DNA of 50,451 nt from a virus (taxonomy: Duplodnaviria > Caudoviricetes), in IMG/VR virus record IMGVR_UViG_3300015203_000012, positions 1 to 50,451 of that record; one strand, written 5' to 3'. Every line of letters begins with the position of its first letter. Within the stretch, counting starts at the first letter, position 1. The position numbers and the translations under genes were made by a program. The notes under the pieces were generated by a model. That model had not been told where the DNA came from. It ran no database searches and saw only the letters and a program-made list of their open reading frames with translations. Shown in pieces: positions 29,990 through 38,321 of this stretch.

Positions 29990-30274
29990 ATGCGGCACGA
30001 CAACCTGATCCTCGCCGTCGGTGTCATCCGCTGCCTCGTCTGGATCACCGGGACCGTCGCCGCGTTCAAGTTCAAACGGTGGATGGTCGGAGCCGGCTTC
30101 GCGCTCTCCTCAGCGAACAGCATCGCCTTCTCGTTCTTCAACGCCCACTACCACGTGCCGCACTCGCTCATCCAGATCGTCAACTACGAGTCAACCCTCG
30201 CGGTCGCCCTGATCGTCGCCGGGTTCGTCTTCGGAACGATTGCCTACTCCAGCCACAAAGCTTGGACGCCGTGA
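29990..30274 (+). CDS. small multi-TM protein
   Basis: Three hydrophobic segments. Confidence 0.6.
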   Translation: MRHDNLILAVGVIRCLVWITGTVAAFKFKRWMVGAGFALSSANSIAFSFFNAHYHVPHSLIQIVNYESTLAVALIVAGFVFGTIAYSSHKAWTP

Positions 30275-30315
30275 CGGAGACCGAAAAACCGCTACCCGAA
30301 GGGACGGAAAACAGC

Positions 30316-30402
30316 ATGACCATCACTCTCAAAGATGTCTGCCTCGTCGTCATCGCCGTCTGCGTCGTGATCGCGACGTTCTCGGGCTGGAACGCGTTCT
30401 GA
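30316..30402 (+). CDS. tiny membrane peptide (alternative GTG at 30271)
   Basis: MTITLKDVCLVVIAVCVVIATFSGWNAF; TGATG coupling. Confidence 0.45.
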   Translation: MTITLKDVCLVVIAVCVVIATFSGWNAF

Positions 30403-30653
30403 TGCCGAGCAGCACGAACACGCAGACGATCGCAGGTGCCGCGATCCTCGTCGCTGTCATCGCCGCCGTTGTCGCGCTCGCCTGGCACAACACCCTCACC
30501 GGGACAGAGGCGATCACCGCGCTGACGACGATCATCGCGCTCGGCGGCGGAGCTCTCGCCGTCCACTCCGGCGCGAAGATCGGTGCTGCAGCCGCCACGT
30601 CCGGCACAACCAGCCAGACGGCCGCCGACCAGGCCGCAGCGAAAGCGAAGTGA
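30402..30653 (+). CDS. holin-like 2-TM protein
   Basis: Two TM segments, basic tail. Confidence 0.6.
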   Translation: MPSSTNTQTIAGAAILVAVIAAVVALAWHNTLTGTEAITALTTIIALGGGALAVHSGAKIGAAAATSGTTSQTAADQAAAKAK

Positions 30654-31408
30654 CCTACCAGCTCGGAAAGCTCCCCGCCGCACCGAGGCCAAAAGACCTC
30701 CGGTTCAGCGCCTACCGCACCGACGGAGGAATCCAGGTGCCGGACACGTTCGGGCACCAGGAACTGATCGCCCCGGACGGCTGGGGAATGCTCGGAAACG
30801 ACCAGGTCGGCAACTGCGTCTTCGCCGGCGCCGACCACGAGTCGCTGCTCTGGAACACCGAGGCCGGCGTGACGGTCGAGTTCACCGCGGACACGGCGAT
30901 CGCGGATTACTCGGCCGTCACCGGATACCAGCCCGGCGACCCGTCAACCGACCGCGGCACCGACGTCCACAATGCCCTCGAATACCGCCGAACCGTCGGC
31001 ATCCAAGACACCGTCGGCGGCCGCCACCGGATCGCCGCCTACGTGTCGGTCACCCCCGGAGAGTTCGACCATCTCCTCCAAGCCCTCTACGTGTTCTCGG
31101 CCGTCGCGATCGGCGTCGAACTACCGGACACCGCCGAGCAGCAGTTCCAGGCGGGGCAGCCGTGGGACGTTGTACCGGGTGCCCGTATCGTCGGAGGCCA
31201 CTACGTGTGTGCAGTCGGCCGTCCCGGCCTCGACGTCGTCGACATCGTCACGTGGGGACGTGTGCAGCCGATGACCCGCAGGTTCTTCGAGACCTACTGC
31301 GACGAATGCTACGCCCTCCTGTCCGCCGAAATGCTCAACTCCGGAGAGACCCTTGAAGGCTTCGACCTCGAGCAGCTCCAGGCCGACCTCGCGACGCTAA
31401 CCGGATAA
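30650..31408 (+). CDS. papain-like cysteine peptidase
   Basis: NDQVGNCVFA, GGHYV, VTWG. Confidence 0.75.
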   Translation: MTYQLGKLPAAPRPKDLRFSAYRTDGGIQVPDTFGHQELIAPDGWGMLGNDQVGNCVFAGADHESLLWNTEAGVTVEFTADTAIADYSAVTGYQPGDPSTDRGTDVHNALEYRRTVGIQDTVGGRHRIAAYVSVTPGEFDHLLQALYVFSAVAIGVELPDTAEQQFQAGQPWDVVPGARIVGGHYVCAVGRPGLDVVDIVTWGRVQPMTRRFFETYCDECYALLSAEMLNSGETLEGFDLEQLQADLATLTG

Positions 31409-31681
31409 CGGCTGTGCCGTCACCGCGGCGACGGCATCGTCGACCGTCTCGCCTGCGCGCACGAGATCCATTGCGCGCACCGTCGCACGCAACCTCTCCC
31501 CCTTGTTGGCCATTCCGGCCCGCTCGAGCCGAGCCGCGATTTCCTTCACCGCGGCCGCGTTGCGGTCTGGCGTATTCGATTCGGCAGGGTGTTGGTCGCG
31601 GCCGCAGTGATGGCAGACGTCGGCGCCGAGTTTCATCCGTTTGTGACACCACCGGCACTTGAAGACACCCTTCGGCATCAC
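31397..31681 (-). CDS. Zn-ribbon protein
   Basis: CRWC...CHHCG. Confidence 0.65.
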   Translation of the reverse strand: MMPKGVFKCRWCHKRMKLGADVCHHCGRDQHPAESNTPDRNAAAVKEIAARLERAGMANKGERLRATVRAMDLVRAGETVDDAVAAVTAQPLSG

Positions 31682-31995
31682 AGTCCTGCCTTCTGGAGCC
31701 GGCTGTCGAGGTCGGCGATCTGACGTTCGAGTGCCGTCATCCGCTCCTCGCGTATCTCGCGCGGGTCGTAGAACCAGTCGGGTTTTGCCTTCAGCTTCTT
31801 AGGTGCGACGCGCGCGAGTTCGACCGCGTTCGCCTCTGAGGGGAGGTCGCCCGCCTCCCACCGTTTGATTTGGCGAACGTTTACACCGACCTCTTCAGCC
31901 AGCTCTTGCTGCGTCAGTCCGCGCATCGCACGGAGCGCTTTCACGCGCTGCTCTTTCGGCAACCCGAGCAGATCAACATGGCCGTTCAAACCCAT
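31678..31995 (-). CDS. Xre-family HTH regulator
   Basis: LR..RGLTQQELAEEVGVN.RQIKRWE.G..PS. Confidence 0.85.
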   Translation of the reverse strand: MGLNGHVDLLGLPKEQRVKALRAMRGLTQQELAEEVGVNVRQIKRWEAGDLPSEANAVELARVAPKKLKAKPDWFYDPREIREERMTALERQIADLDSRLQKAGL

Positions 31996-32187
31996 TGCGG
32001 CCACCCTCCCAACCACTCACAATGAGCGGCTCGATGGCTACAAGCGACGAACTGCGGCAGGCGATGAACGACTACGCCTGCGCGTGCGAACTCCCCGATG
32101 CCGAGCGTCGCCGCGTCGGCGTGATGTCGCTCCTCGTGTGCCGCCGCTGCGGCCTCTTCGTGCTCGGCGAACCCTCCCCGACGCCCG

Positions 32188-32694
32188 TCAGGCAGCTTCG
32201 CCAGGAGCTTCGAGACCTCCAGCTGCTCGTCCGTGCTCTTCAGAGCGGAGCCGGGCATCGCGGAGAACCTCAGCAGGGTCGATCCCCTCAGCGCGTAGGA
32301 GAGCCTCGACGAGCGCGCGCAGTTCGCGGGTTTCTTCGACTCCTGCCTCCGCCCGATCCGGAGTAGCCGGCGGCGCGTCGGCCGGCTCATCGTCGTCGGC
32401 GAAGATGTCGCCGGCGTCTCGGCCGAGCTTCTCGAGGATCGCGTTGAGGTCGTCCCAGCTCGGCAGTGAGGGGTCGCTCTCGTCCTCGAGGCGCTGATAT
32501 TGCCGGAGCGAGTATCCGAGAAGTGCTGCCATCTCTGGCTGTGGGAAGCGCCGGGGATCACCTTTACCTCGTTGCCGTCTTTCGTCAGCCAGGACGGCGG
32601 CGAGCCGGGCCTTCATGCGCGCCTTGTCCAAAGCCATTTCCAGAAGGAACGTAGCCAGACCGTCACGCCGTGTCGCCGACATTTGACGCGCCAT
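32188..32694 (-). CDS. cI-like immunity repressor (Xre HTH)
   Basis: Q.EMAALLGYSLRQYQRLE; divergent from cro-like gene. Confidence 0.75.
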   Translation of the reverse strand: MARQMSATRRDGLATFLLEMALDKARMKARLAAVLADERRQRGKGDPRRFPQPEMAALLGYSLRQYQRLEDESDPSLPSWDDLNAILEKLGRDAGDIFADDDEPADAPPATPDRAEAGVEETRELRALVEALLRAEGIDPAEVLRDARLRSEEHGRAAGGLEAPGEAA

Positions 32695-32697
32695 CAC

Positions 32698-32731
32698 TTG
32701 ACACGTTAGGTCGCGTCGCCTAACATGTCAA
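32698..32731. promoter_or_regulatory. palindromic pair of overlapping divergent promoters/operator
   Basis: TTGACA-N17-TAACAT on +, TTGACA-N17-TAACGT on -; 13-bp arms with 1 mismatch. Confidence 0.85.
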
Positions 32732-32734
32732 TAG

Positions 32735-32995
32735 ATGACGCGACGCGAAACACGCCACGCCGAGACGCCGACCAAGCTCATCATCGCCGCTCGGATCCGT
32801 GAAGCCCAGCTAGAGCTGGGCATCAAGACCGAGGATCTCGCCCAGCAGACCGGGATCAGCCTCCGCCTCGTCCAGAAGCACCGCGCCGGCGACAACGCGC
32901 CCGGAGACATCAGCCTCCGGCGTTACGCCGAGGCACTCGACAAGCCGCTGTCGTTCTTCTTCACGGGTGAACCCCTTGAGAAGGCGGTCGCCTGA
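32735..32995 (+). CDS. Cro-like HTH regulator
   Basis: RIRE...LG...EDLA..TGIS...G...P...L...A.AL..PLSFF. Confidence 0.8.
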   Translation: MTRRETRHAETPTKLIIAARIREAQLELGIKTEDLAQQTGISLRLVQKHRAGDNAPGDISLRRYAEALDKPLSFFFTGEPLEKAVA

Positions 32996-33342
32996 TGCTT
33001 GAGCACCGCGAGGCAGCGACGGAACTGATTGGTCGCCCGCTCAAGCGCGGCGAGCTCGTCCACCACTGCAACGGCATCACGGGCGACAACCGCCCCGAAA
33101 ACCTCTGGGTTCTCAATTCCCAGGAACACGTCCGCATTCACAGCGCCGCCGATCTGAACATCGGGATGCTCACTCCGATTGCGATGACGTTCGAGTGCGG
33201 ATGCCGGACGTGGCTAAAGACTGATCGGCTGCTCATTCCAGACAGAGAAGTGCTTTGGGCGCCGTGTGTGCTTCATGAGCATTTCAAGCCCGATTCCACC
33301 TACCTGACGCCCAGTGACTACGGCCGTGAGGTCGCAGCGTGA
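32995..33342 (+). CDS. HNH endonuclease
   Basis: EHR...GRPL...E.VHH.NG...DNRPENL. Confidence 0.85.
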   Translation: MLEHREAATELIGRPLKRGELVHHCNGITGDNRPENLWVLNSQEHVRIHSAADLNIGMLTPIAMTFECGCRTWLKTDRLLIPDREVLWAPCVLHEHFKPDSTYLTPSDYGREVAA

Positions 33343-33527
33343 CTTCGCTCGCCGCCGAGCATGCCGTTCGTGAGTCCCGCCGGCTGATGGCCGCGGTGAC
33401 CGACCAGCAGGCTTTGCCGTCGTTCAACGGCCGCTGCGGATTTTGCGGCTCCCGCTGCTACGGGAAGGCGTGTAGCGCCCATTCCGATCTTGTCCTGCTC
33501 GAGCAGCAGGCGATGAGGGCCGTCTGA
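33339..33527 (+). CDS. small Zn-binding hypothetical protein
   Basis: CGFCG..C....C..H. Confidence 0.55.
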   Translation: MTSLAAEHAVRESRRLMAAVTDQQALPSFNGRCGFCGSRCYGKACSAHSDLVLLEQQAMRAV

Positions 33528-33614
33528 ATGGCCGGCCTGTCAGCAAGCAACGCCCGCGGCCGCACCTCATTGGCTGGTGCGCGGCCGGGGCGTCGACACG
33601 AAGGAGAGTAAACG

Positions 33615-33911
33615 ATGGACGACCAGACGGCCACACGGCCGCCGCAGCCACCCACGCCCGCTGGCGATGGGGGAACCAAGTACCTCGTGCTTCGCGAGCT
33701 CGGAGAAACCGCGGACGGCCTGAACGAGCAATGGGAGACCGTCAACTTCGCGCGCGCGCGCACGGCTGAGAAAGCGATCGAACAGGCGGTAGGGAAACTC
33801 CCCGAGGAGGAGCAGGCTGGCACGTTCGTCGCGGTCGCGGTCTCACGGTGGACGCCGATGCTGATCACGCCGAAGGTCGAACGGTCGCTGATCCTCAAGG
33901 CGGTCAAGTGA
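33615..33911 (+). CDS. hypothetical protein
   Basis: AAGGAG RBS. Confidence 0.7.
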   Translation: MDDQTATRPPQPPTPAGDGGTKYLVLRELGETADGLNEQWETVNFARARTAEKAIEQAVGKLPEEEQAGTFVAVAVSRWTPMLITPKVERSLILKAVK

Positions 33912-34201
33912 TGGCTGCTCTTCACGCCGTCGCCCGCGACTGGCTCGACTGGACGTTGTCGACCGTCGCCCTCGTCTTCTGGCTGGCCTGGGCCCGGCAT
34001 CTCGCGCACCGGATCCGCTGGGACCGCCGGAAGAGCGCCCAACTCAAACTGCGCACCGCCCGGGTGCCCGAGGACGTCATCTGGCATCACTGCCGCCATC
34101 AGGCCTTGCGCGACTGCATGAACCTCACGATCCGCAGGGCCGAGTGGAGGCGCCTCGCCCATCTCGGCATCCCCGTCGACGACTCGAAGGCGGCGATCTG
34201 A
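33908..34201 (+). CDS. hypothetical membrane protein
   Basis: Coupled overlap; one TM. Confidence 0.55.
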   Translation: MMAALHAVARDWLDWTLSTVALVFWLAWARHLAHRIRWDRRKSAQLKLRTARVPEDVIWHHCRHQALRDCMNLTIRRAEWRRLAHLGIPVDDSKAAI

Positions 34202-34202
34202 C

Positions 34203-34649
34203 ATGGATCCCACGATCACCTGCCCGAGCTGCGGATCCGTTGAAGGCAAGGTCACGGTCGAGTCGATCGCGACGCTCGCCTACAGCGGCACCGTCCAGGC
34301 CGAGATCAACATCGCCGAAGACCTCATCGCCGACAACGGCACCCATACATGGGAGCACAAGCACGTCGTCGAGGTACGAGACCGGCTCAATCCCAGCCGT
34401 GAGCTCTCGACGTTCCGGCGTGACGGCGACCCGTCAGAACTCAACCTCGTCGACTGGAGCAGCCTCGAGCTCGACAACGACCAGCTGATCGCGTTCTGCT
34501 GGCAGTGCCAGTCCGACGTGACCGAACAGTTCAAGCAGCTCCTCGACGCACGGGTGCCGCTCGAGCCGCAAGACCCGACCGACGACGAGATCTACAACCG
34601 CACCCAGTACGTGCCCGACGGCCGCGACGAAAACCATTGGAGTCTCTGA
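34203..34649 (+). CDS. hypothetical protein (two CxxC)
   Basis: CPSC...CWQC. Confidence 0.65.
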   Translation: MDPTITCPSCGSVEGKVTVESIATLAYSGTVQAEINIAEDLIADNGTHTWEHKHVVEVRDRLNPSRELSTFRRDGDPSELNLVDWSSLELDNDQLIAFCWQCQSDVTEQFKQLLDARVPLEPQDPTDDEIYNRTQYVPDGRDENHWSL

Positions 34650-35125
34650 TGTCTGAGATCGCAACCCGGTCCCCGGGGTTTTTGTCTGACCGTGGGGCCT
34701 TCGATCGCTTCTGCGAATCGGTGGATGTTGCTGACGACGGCTGCTGGCTCTGGACAGGGCGCACGTTCCCTGATTCCGGTCGCGGAGTCTTCCCGATCCA
34801 GCGGACAAACGGTAAGTGGCAGCGTGCACAGGCGCATCGGGCCGCCTACGAGCTGCTCGTCGGCCCGATCCTCGATCGGCTCGTACTCGACCATCTCTGC
34901 AACAACAAGATCTGCGTCGCGCCCGAACACCTCGATCCCGTAACTCAAGCGGTGAACCGCGAAAGACAAACAACGCGGCAGACCCGTTGCTATCGCGGCC
35001 ACCCTTTGAGTGGCGACAACCTCTACACCTACGTGCGGCCTAGCGGCACTGTGACGCGGCACTGCCGCGAATGCCGGCGGCTTGCTGACCGTCGCTGCGA
35101 CGCGCGCAAAAGGGAGCGCTCATGA
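34649..35125 (+). CDS. HNH endonuclease
   Basis: CWLWTG, AHRAAYE, LDHLC.N..CV.P.HL..VT...N, C..GH. Confidence 0.9.
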   Translation: MSEIATRSPGFLSDRGAFDRFCESVDVADDGCWLWTGRTFPDSGRGVFPIQRTNGKWQRAQAHRAAYELLVGPILDRLVLDHLCNNKICVAPEHLDPVTQAVNRERQTTRQTRCYRGHPLSGDNLYTYVRPSGTVTRHCRECRRLADRRCDARKRERS

Positions 35126-36069
35126 CTGAAATGGTCAAGCGGTCACCAATGCAGGAGTTGGTGTCTCAAGTGCGCAGCGAGCAGTTCTTGGAGCAGGTGA
35201 GGGCGGCTCTCCCCGGCAATGTCTCGCCCGAGCGCTTTGTTCGGGTAGCGGTAACGGCGATTAATCAAAACCCAGATCTCGTTGCAGTCGATAAGTCGAC
35301 GCTCTTTTCCTCGATCATTAGATGTGCGCAGGACGGCCTTTTGCCGGATGGCAGGGAGGCGGCGTTGGTTGTCTTCAATGACAAAAAGGCAGCGGGCGGA
35401 AAGCGGTCGAGTTACCTCCCAATGGTGTCTGGATACCGCAAGATCGCGGCGAAGCATGGGCTGTCGTTGGAGGCGTTCATCGTCAACGAGAACGACGTGT
35501 TCGAGTATGAGCTCGGCTACGAGCCGGTGCTGATCCACAAGCCGGCGAGACTCGGCAGCGACCGGGGCGATGTCCTTGGCGCGTACGCAGTCGCACGGCA
35601 CACCGACGGACGCAAGTGGCTCGACGTGATGTCACGGGATGAGATCGAGAGGGTGCGGTCGGTGTCACGGGCGGCCACGTCGGAGTACGGGCCGTGGGTG
35701 AACCACTGGGGTGAGATGGCCCGCAAAACCGTTGCCCGCAGGTTGTTCAAGCAGCTGCCGTTGGACGACCTCGACATCGCCGACGTCCAGGTGATCGAAG
35801 CCGGTGACGCCGACGCCGACCTTGCTGCGCTGCCGAAACCGACGATGACGGAGGCCGAGGCGAACGTCGCCGCATCACTGGGCTCGGCAACGCCGCCACA
35901 CACCGAGGGCCCCGACGACCGCGCACCTCAACCCGAGCCTGAAGGCGTCGAGGAGGCTGACTGGTCGGAGGCCTACCCAGCCGGCGAAGACGAGCCGGAG
36001 CCCGACGCCGACGAGTCGTTCTCTGACCGGATCCCGAAGGGCGCGCGGGGCGCGGGAGGCCACGCATGA
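35122..36069 (+). CDS. recT: RecT-family single-strand annealing protein
   Basis: ERFVRVA, AQDGLLPDG, V.END.F, GPW..HW.EMARKTV.RRL.K.LP. Confidence 0.9.
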   Translation: MTEMVKRSPMQELVSQVRSEQFLEQVRAALPGNVSPERFVRVAVTAINQNPDLVAVDKSTLFSSIIRCAQDGLLPDGREAALVVFNDKKAAGGKRSSYLPMVSGYRKIAAKHGLSLEAFIVNENDVFEYELGYEPVLIHKPARLGSDRGDVLGAYAVARHTDGRKWLDVMSRDEIERVRSVSRAATSEYGPWVNHWGEMARKTVARRLFKQLPLDDLDIADVQVIEAGDADADLAALPKPTMTEAEANVAASLGSATPPHTEGPDDRAPQPEPEGVEEADWSEAYPAGEDEPEPDADESFSDRIPKGARGAGGHA

Positions 36070-37082
36070 CCGCGACCGCCACCCCGCCGCTGCGCTGGTC
36101 GTCCGTGCGTGACTGCGCGCGCAAAGCCGTCTACGAAGCAACCGGTGTCGAGGGACGCGACCGGACGCTGGCCGAGCAGCGGCAGCTGTACCGTGGCCGG
36201 TCCGTCGGCCACGACTGGGTCGTCGCGGTCGCGACAGAGAAGATGTGGAAGGTCTGGGTCGACTCCGGCCCGACCAACTGGCTTCCCGCCGAGCTGACCG
36301 CGGCCACGGAGGACGAAGCCGACGCAATCGCGGAGCTACGCGTGCAGTGGGAGATGGGTGTCGGCCACGCCGACCTGTACATCCGCGAGACCGACACCGT
36401 CGTCGAGGTGCTCTCGTCGCAGAGCCCGACCGGCGACACCATCCATTCCAAGCTGATCCAGGCAAGGGGTTACGCCCGCGCGGTCGACGCGTCGAACGTC
36501 GCTCTGATCATTGTCGACCCGGCGACGCTTGCGGAGGAGCGCGTGATCGTAACCGCCGGCTCGCCGCAGTGGGATGACCTCGCGCGCGAGTGCGATGACC
36601 GTGTCGCGAAGGTTGTCGCGTGGCGTGACAGCGGCGAGATCCCGGCGCGGGTGTGCTCGAAGCCAGGTGAGGCGTGGGGCCACTTCTGTGTGTTCGCCTC
36701 CCACTGCTTCGACGGCTACGAGCCGCCGCTGGTCGCCTCCGTCGAGTCGGAGGAAGCCCAGATGCTCGCGATCAGGTTGGCGAACGTGAAGAAGCAACGA
36801 CGCGAGATCTCGCAAACCGATCGCCGACTCGAGGAGGAGCAGAAGGAGATCCAGGCCGAGCTCGAGCCTCTGGTGCCGGGCGGGGAATGGCAGGTCGGAG
36901 GTTGGCGCGTGAAGCGCTCCGACCGCACCCGGAAGTCGTTCAAGCTCACGCTCGCGGAGAGGGACTCGCGGCTGCCCGACGAGCTGCTTGCCGAGTTCAC
37001 ATCGATATCTGAGTTCACGGTGTGGGATGTCGAGCAGACCGGACCCGCACTCGTGTTCGACGATGAAGTGGCACCGTTCTGA
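36066..37082 (+). CDS. PD-(D/E)XK Cas4/RecB-like exonuclease
   Basis: C.RK, GHAD, VE, Q..GY, C-terminal Cys cluster; adjacent to recT. Confidence 0.7.
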   Translation: MTATATPPLRWSSVRDCARKAVYEATGVEGRDRTLAEQRQLYRGRSVGHDWVVAVATEKMWKVWVDSGPTNWLPAELTAATEDEADAIAELRVQWEMGVGHADLYIRETDTVVEVLSSQSPTGDTIHSKLIQARGYARAVDASNVALIIVDPATLAEERVIVTAGSPQWDDLARECDDRVAKVVAWRDSGEIPARVCSKPGEAWGHFCVFASHCFDGYEPPLVASVESEEAQMLAIRLANVKKQRREISQTDRRLEEEQKEIQAELEPLVPGGEWQVGGWRVKRSDRTRKSFKLTLAERDSRLPDELLAEFTSISEFTVWDVEQTGPALVFDDEVAPF

Positions 37083-37249
37083 TGGATGCCACAGACCGCA
37101 GAGTGAAGAAGCAGATCGGTGAGGCTGTCGCCTATGCGTACGGGTTCCACGCGACCGTTGACCCACCCGATCCAGAGTTGTGTGCGTGTCAGCGCGAACG
37201 GCCCGAGCAGGGAACCGACCGGTGCGTCTACTGCCGGGAGGCGTCATGA
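37082..37249 (+). CDS. small Cys-rich protein, 55 aa (not in ORF track)
   Basis: CAC...CVYC; coupled at both ends. Confidence 0.55.
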   Translation: MDATDRRVKKQIGEAVAYAYGFHATVDPPDPELCACQRERPEQGTDRCVYCREAS

Positions 37250-37271
37250 CGAAGGAACCGTGCTCGCTGTT
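37246..37271 (+). repeat. module-start motif B, copy 2
   Basis: ATGACGAAGGAACCGTGCTCGCTGTT; last 15 nt identical to copy 1. Confidence 0.6.
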
Positions 37272-37452
37272 ACATGTCCGCTCTTGTGAGTCGTGTGGCC
37301 GTGCGCCGATCGGTTCCTACCGTGCGAATCCGACCAGGGCCTACCTCTGCCCCTATTGCAACGAGAGGGCCGTCTTGCGGGACGAGGGTGTGGTCGTGGA
37401 CAGCTTCACGAACGTCTGCCACGAAACCTGCCTAGCGAAGGCGACTGCGTGA
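37246..37452 (+). CDS. small Zn-finger protein starting with motif B
   Basis: CESC, CPYC, CH..C. Confidence 0.6.
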   Translation: MTKEPCSLLHVRSCESCGRAPIGSYRANPTRAYLCPYCNERAVLRDEGVVVDSFTNVCHETCLAKATA

Positions 37453-37658
37453 ACATTCCGGTCACCGGCAAGCGGGCCTGGCCTGAGTCTCTGTGGCTCC
37501 GCTACGAGATTCTCGTCTGTCCCGAGTGCCGCGCCCAGATCACACCCTTGCCAGATGACGGCGAAGGAATGTATCCGCGAGGCTGGTGCAAAGGCCCCGA
37601 GAGGCATCTCGTCCTCGATAGGAACGCTCTCCGCCTACGCGTGGTGGAGGTCGCGTGA
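37449..37658 (+). CDS. small hypothetical protein
   Basis: Coupled overlaps; CPEC. Confidence 0.55.
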   Translation: MNIPVTGKRAWPESLWLRYEILVCPECRAQITPLPDDGEGMYPRGWCKGPERHLVLDRNALRLRVVEVA

Positions 37659-38128
37659 CCAGTCTCGAACTCGTCAACATCGACCTGACCGACGCTAAGC
37701 GGTTCGTGCGCGAGCATCACCGCCACAACCCCAAGATGACCGGCTGGAAGGTCGGCGTTGGCCTAGCCAATGGGGAACTGCGCGGCGTGGCCGTCCTGTC
37801 GCGGCCAATCTCGAAAGAGGTTCAGAAGCAGGAACCACGCACCGCTGAGATCATCCGTACCTGCACGCTTGGCGACAAGAACGCCAACAGCCGTCTCTAT
37901 GGCGCGATGGCCCGCGCAGCTGCTGCCCTGGGCTACACGGCCGTCATCACGTACACCCGTCCCGACGAAAGCGGTGCGAGCCTCAAGGCCGCCGGTTTCG
38001 TTCGGGACGAAGGCGAGTTCGGTTCTCGCGAGGGCCAGATTTGGCACAGCAGGCAGCAATCGCTGATCGACGACGACCGCGACAACTCAGGTCCGAAGTA
38101 CCGATGGAGGCGCGTTCTCCGTGGCTGA
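37655..38128 (+). CDS. XF1762/Mom-like GNAT-fold protein
   Basis: FV..HHRH, GVA...RP, E..R.C, NA.S.LYGA, ITYT...E.G.SLKAAG. Confidence 0.75.
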   Translation: MTSLELVNIDLTDAKRFVREHHRHNPKMTGWKVGVGLANGELRGVAVLSRPISKEVQKQEPRTAEIIRTCTLGDKNANSRLYGAMARAAAALGYTAVITYTRPDESGASLKAAGFVRDEGEFGSREGQIWHSRQQSLIDDDRDNSGPKYRWRRVLRG

Positions 38129-38321
38129 CGTAGGGCATGTAACCGGGCAGCACCATCGCGCGTTGCTGTCGATCATCCCGATCACGGATGACGAGGTTGA
38201 ACGGCTCTGGGCGACCATCGACAAGCCTCTCGACAAGATTCACGAAGCCGAGGTTTGGTACGAAGTCACGTCGCTCCGCGAGTCGATTCGTCGCCTGCTA
38301 ACCGAACGGGAGCAGCGATGA
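38121..38321 (+). CDS. small cassette-like ORF between two A sites
   Basis: Starts MADVGHVTG. Confidence 0.6.
   Translation: MADVGHVTGQHHRALLSIIPITDDEVERLWATIDKPLDKIHEAEVWYEVTSLRESIRRLLTEREQR
38126..38148 (+). repeat. site A (22/23)
   Basis: TGACGTAGGGCATGTAACCGGGC. Confidence 0.9.

Noticed and set aside
32698-32731. loxP-like 13-8-13 recombination site
   Set aside because: Single copy, fully explained by two opposed TTGACA-N17 promoters
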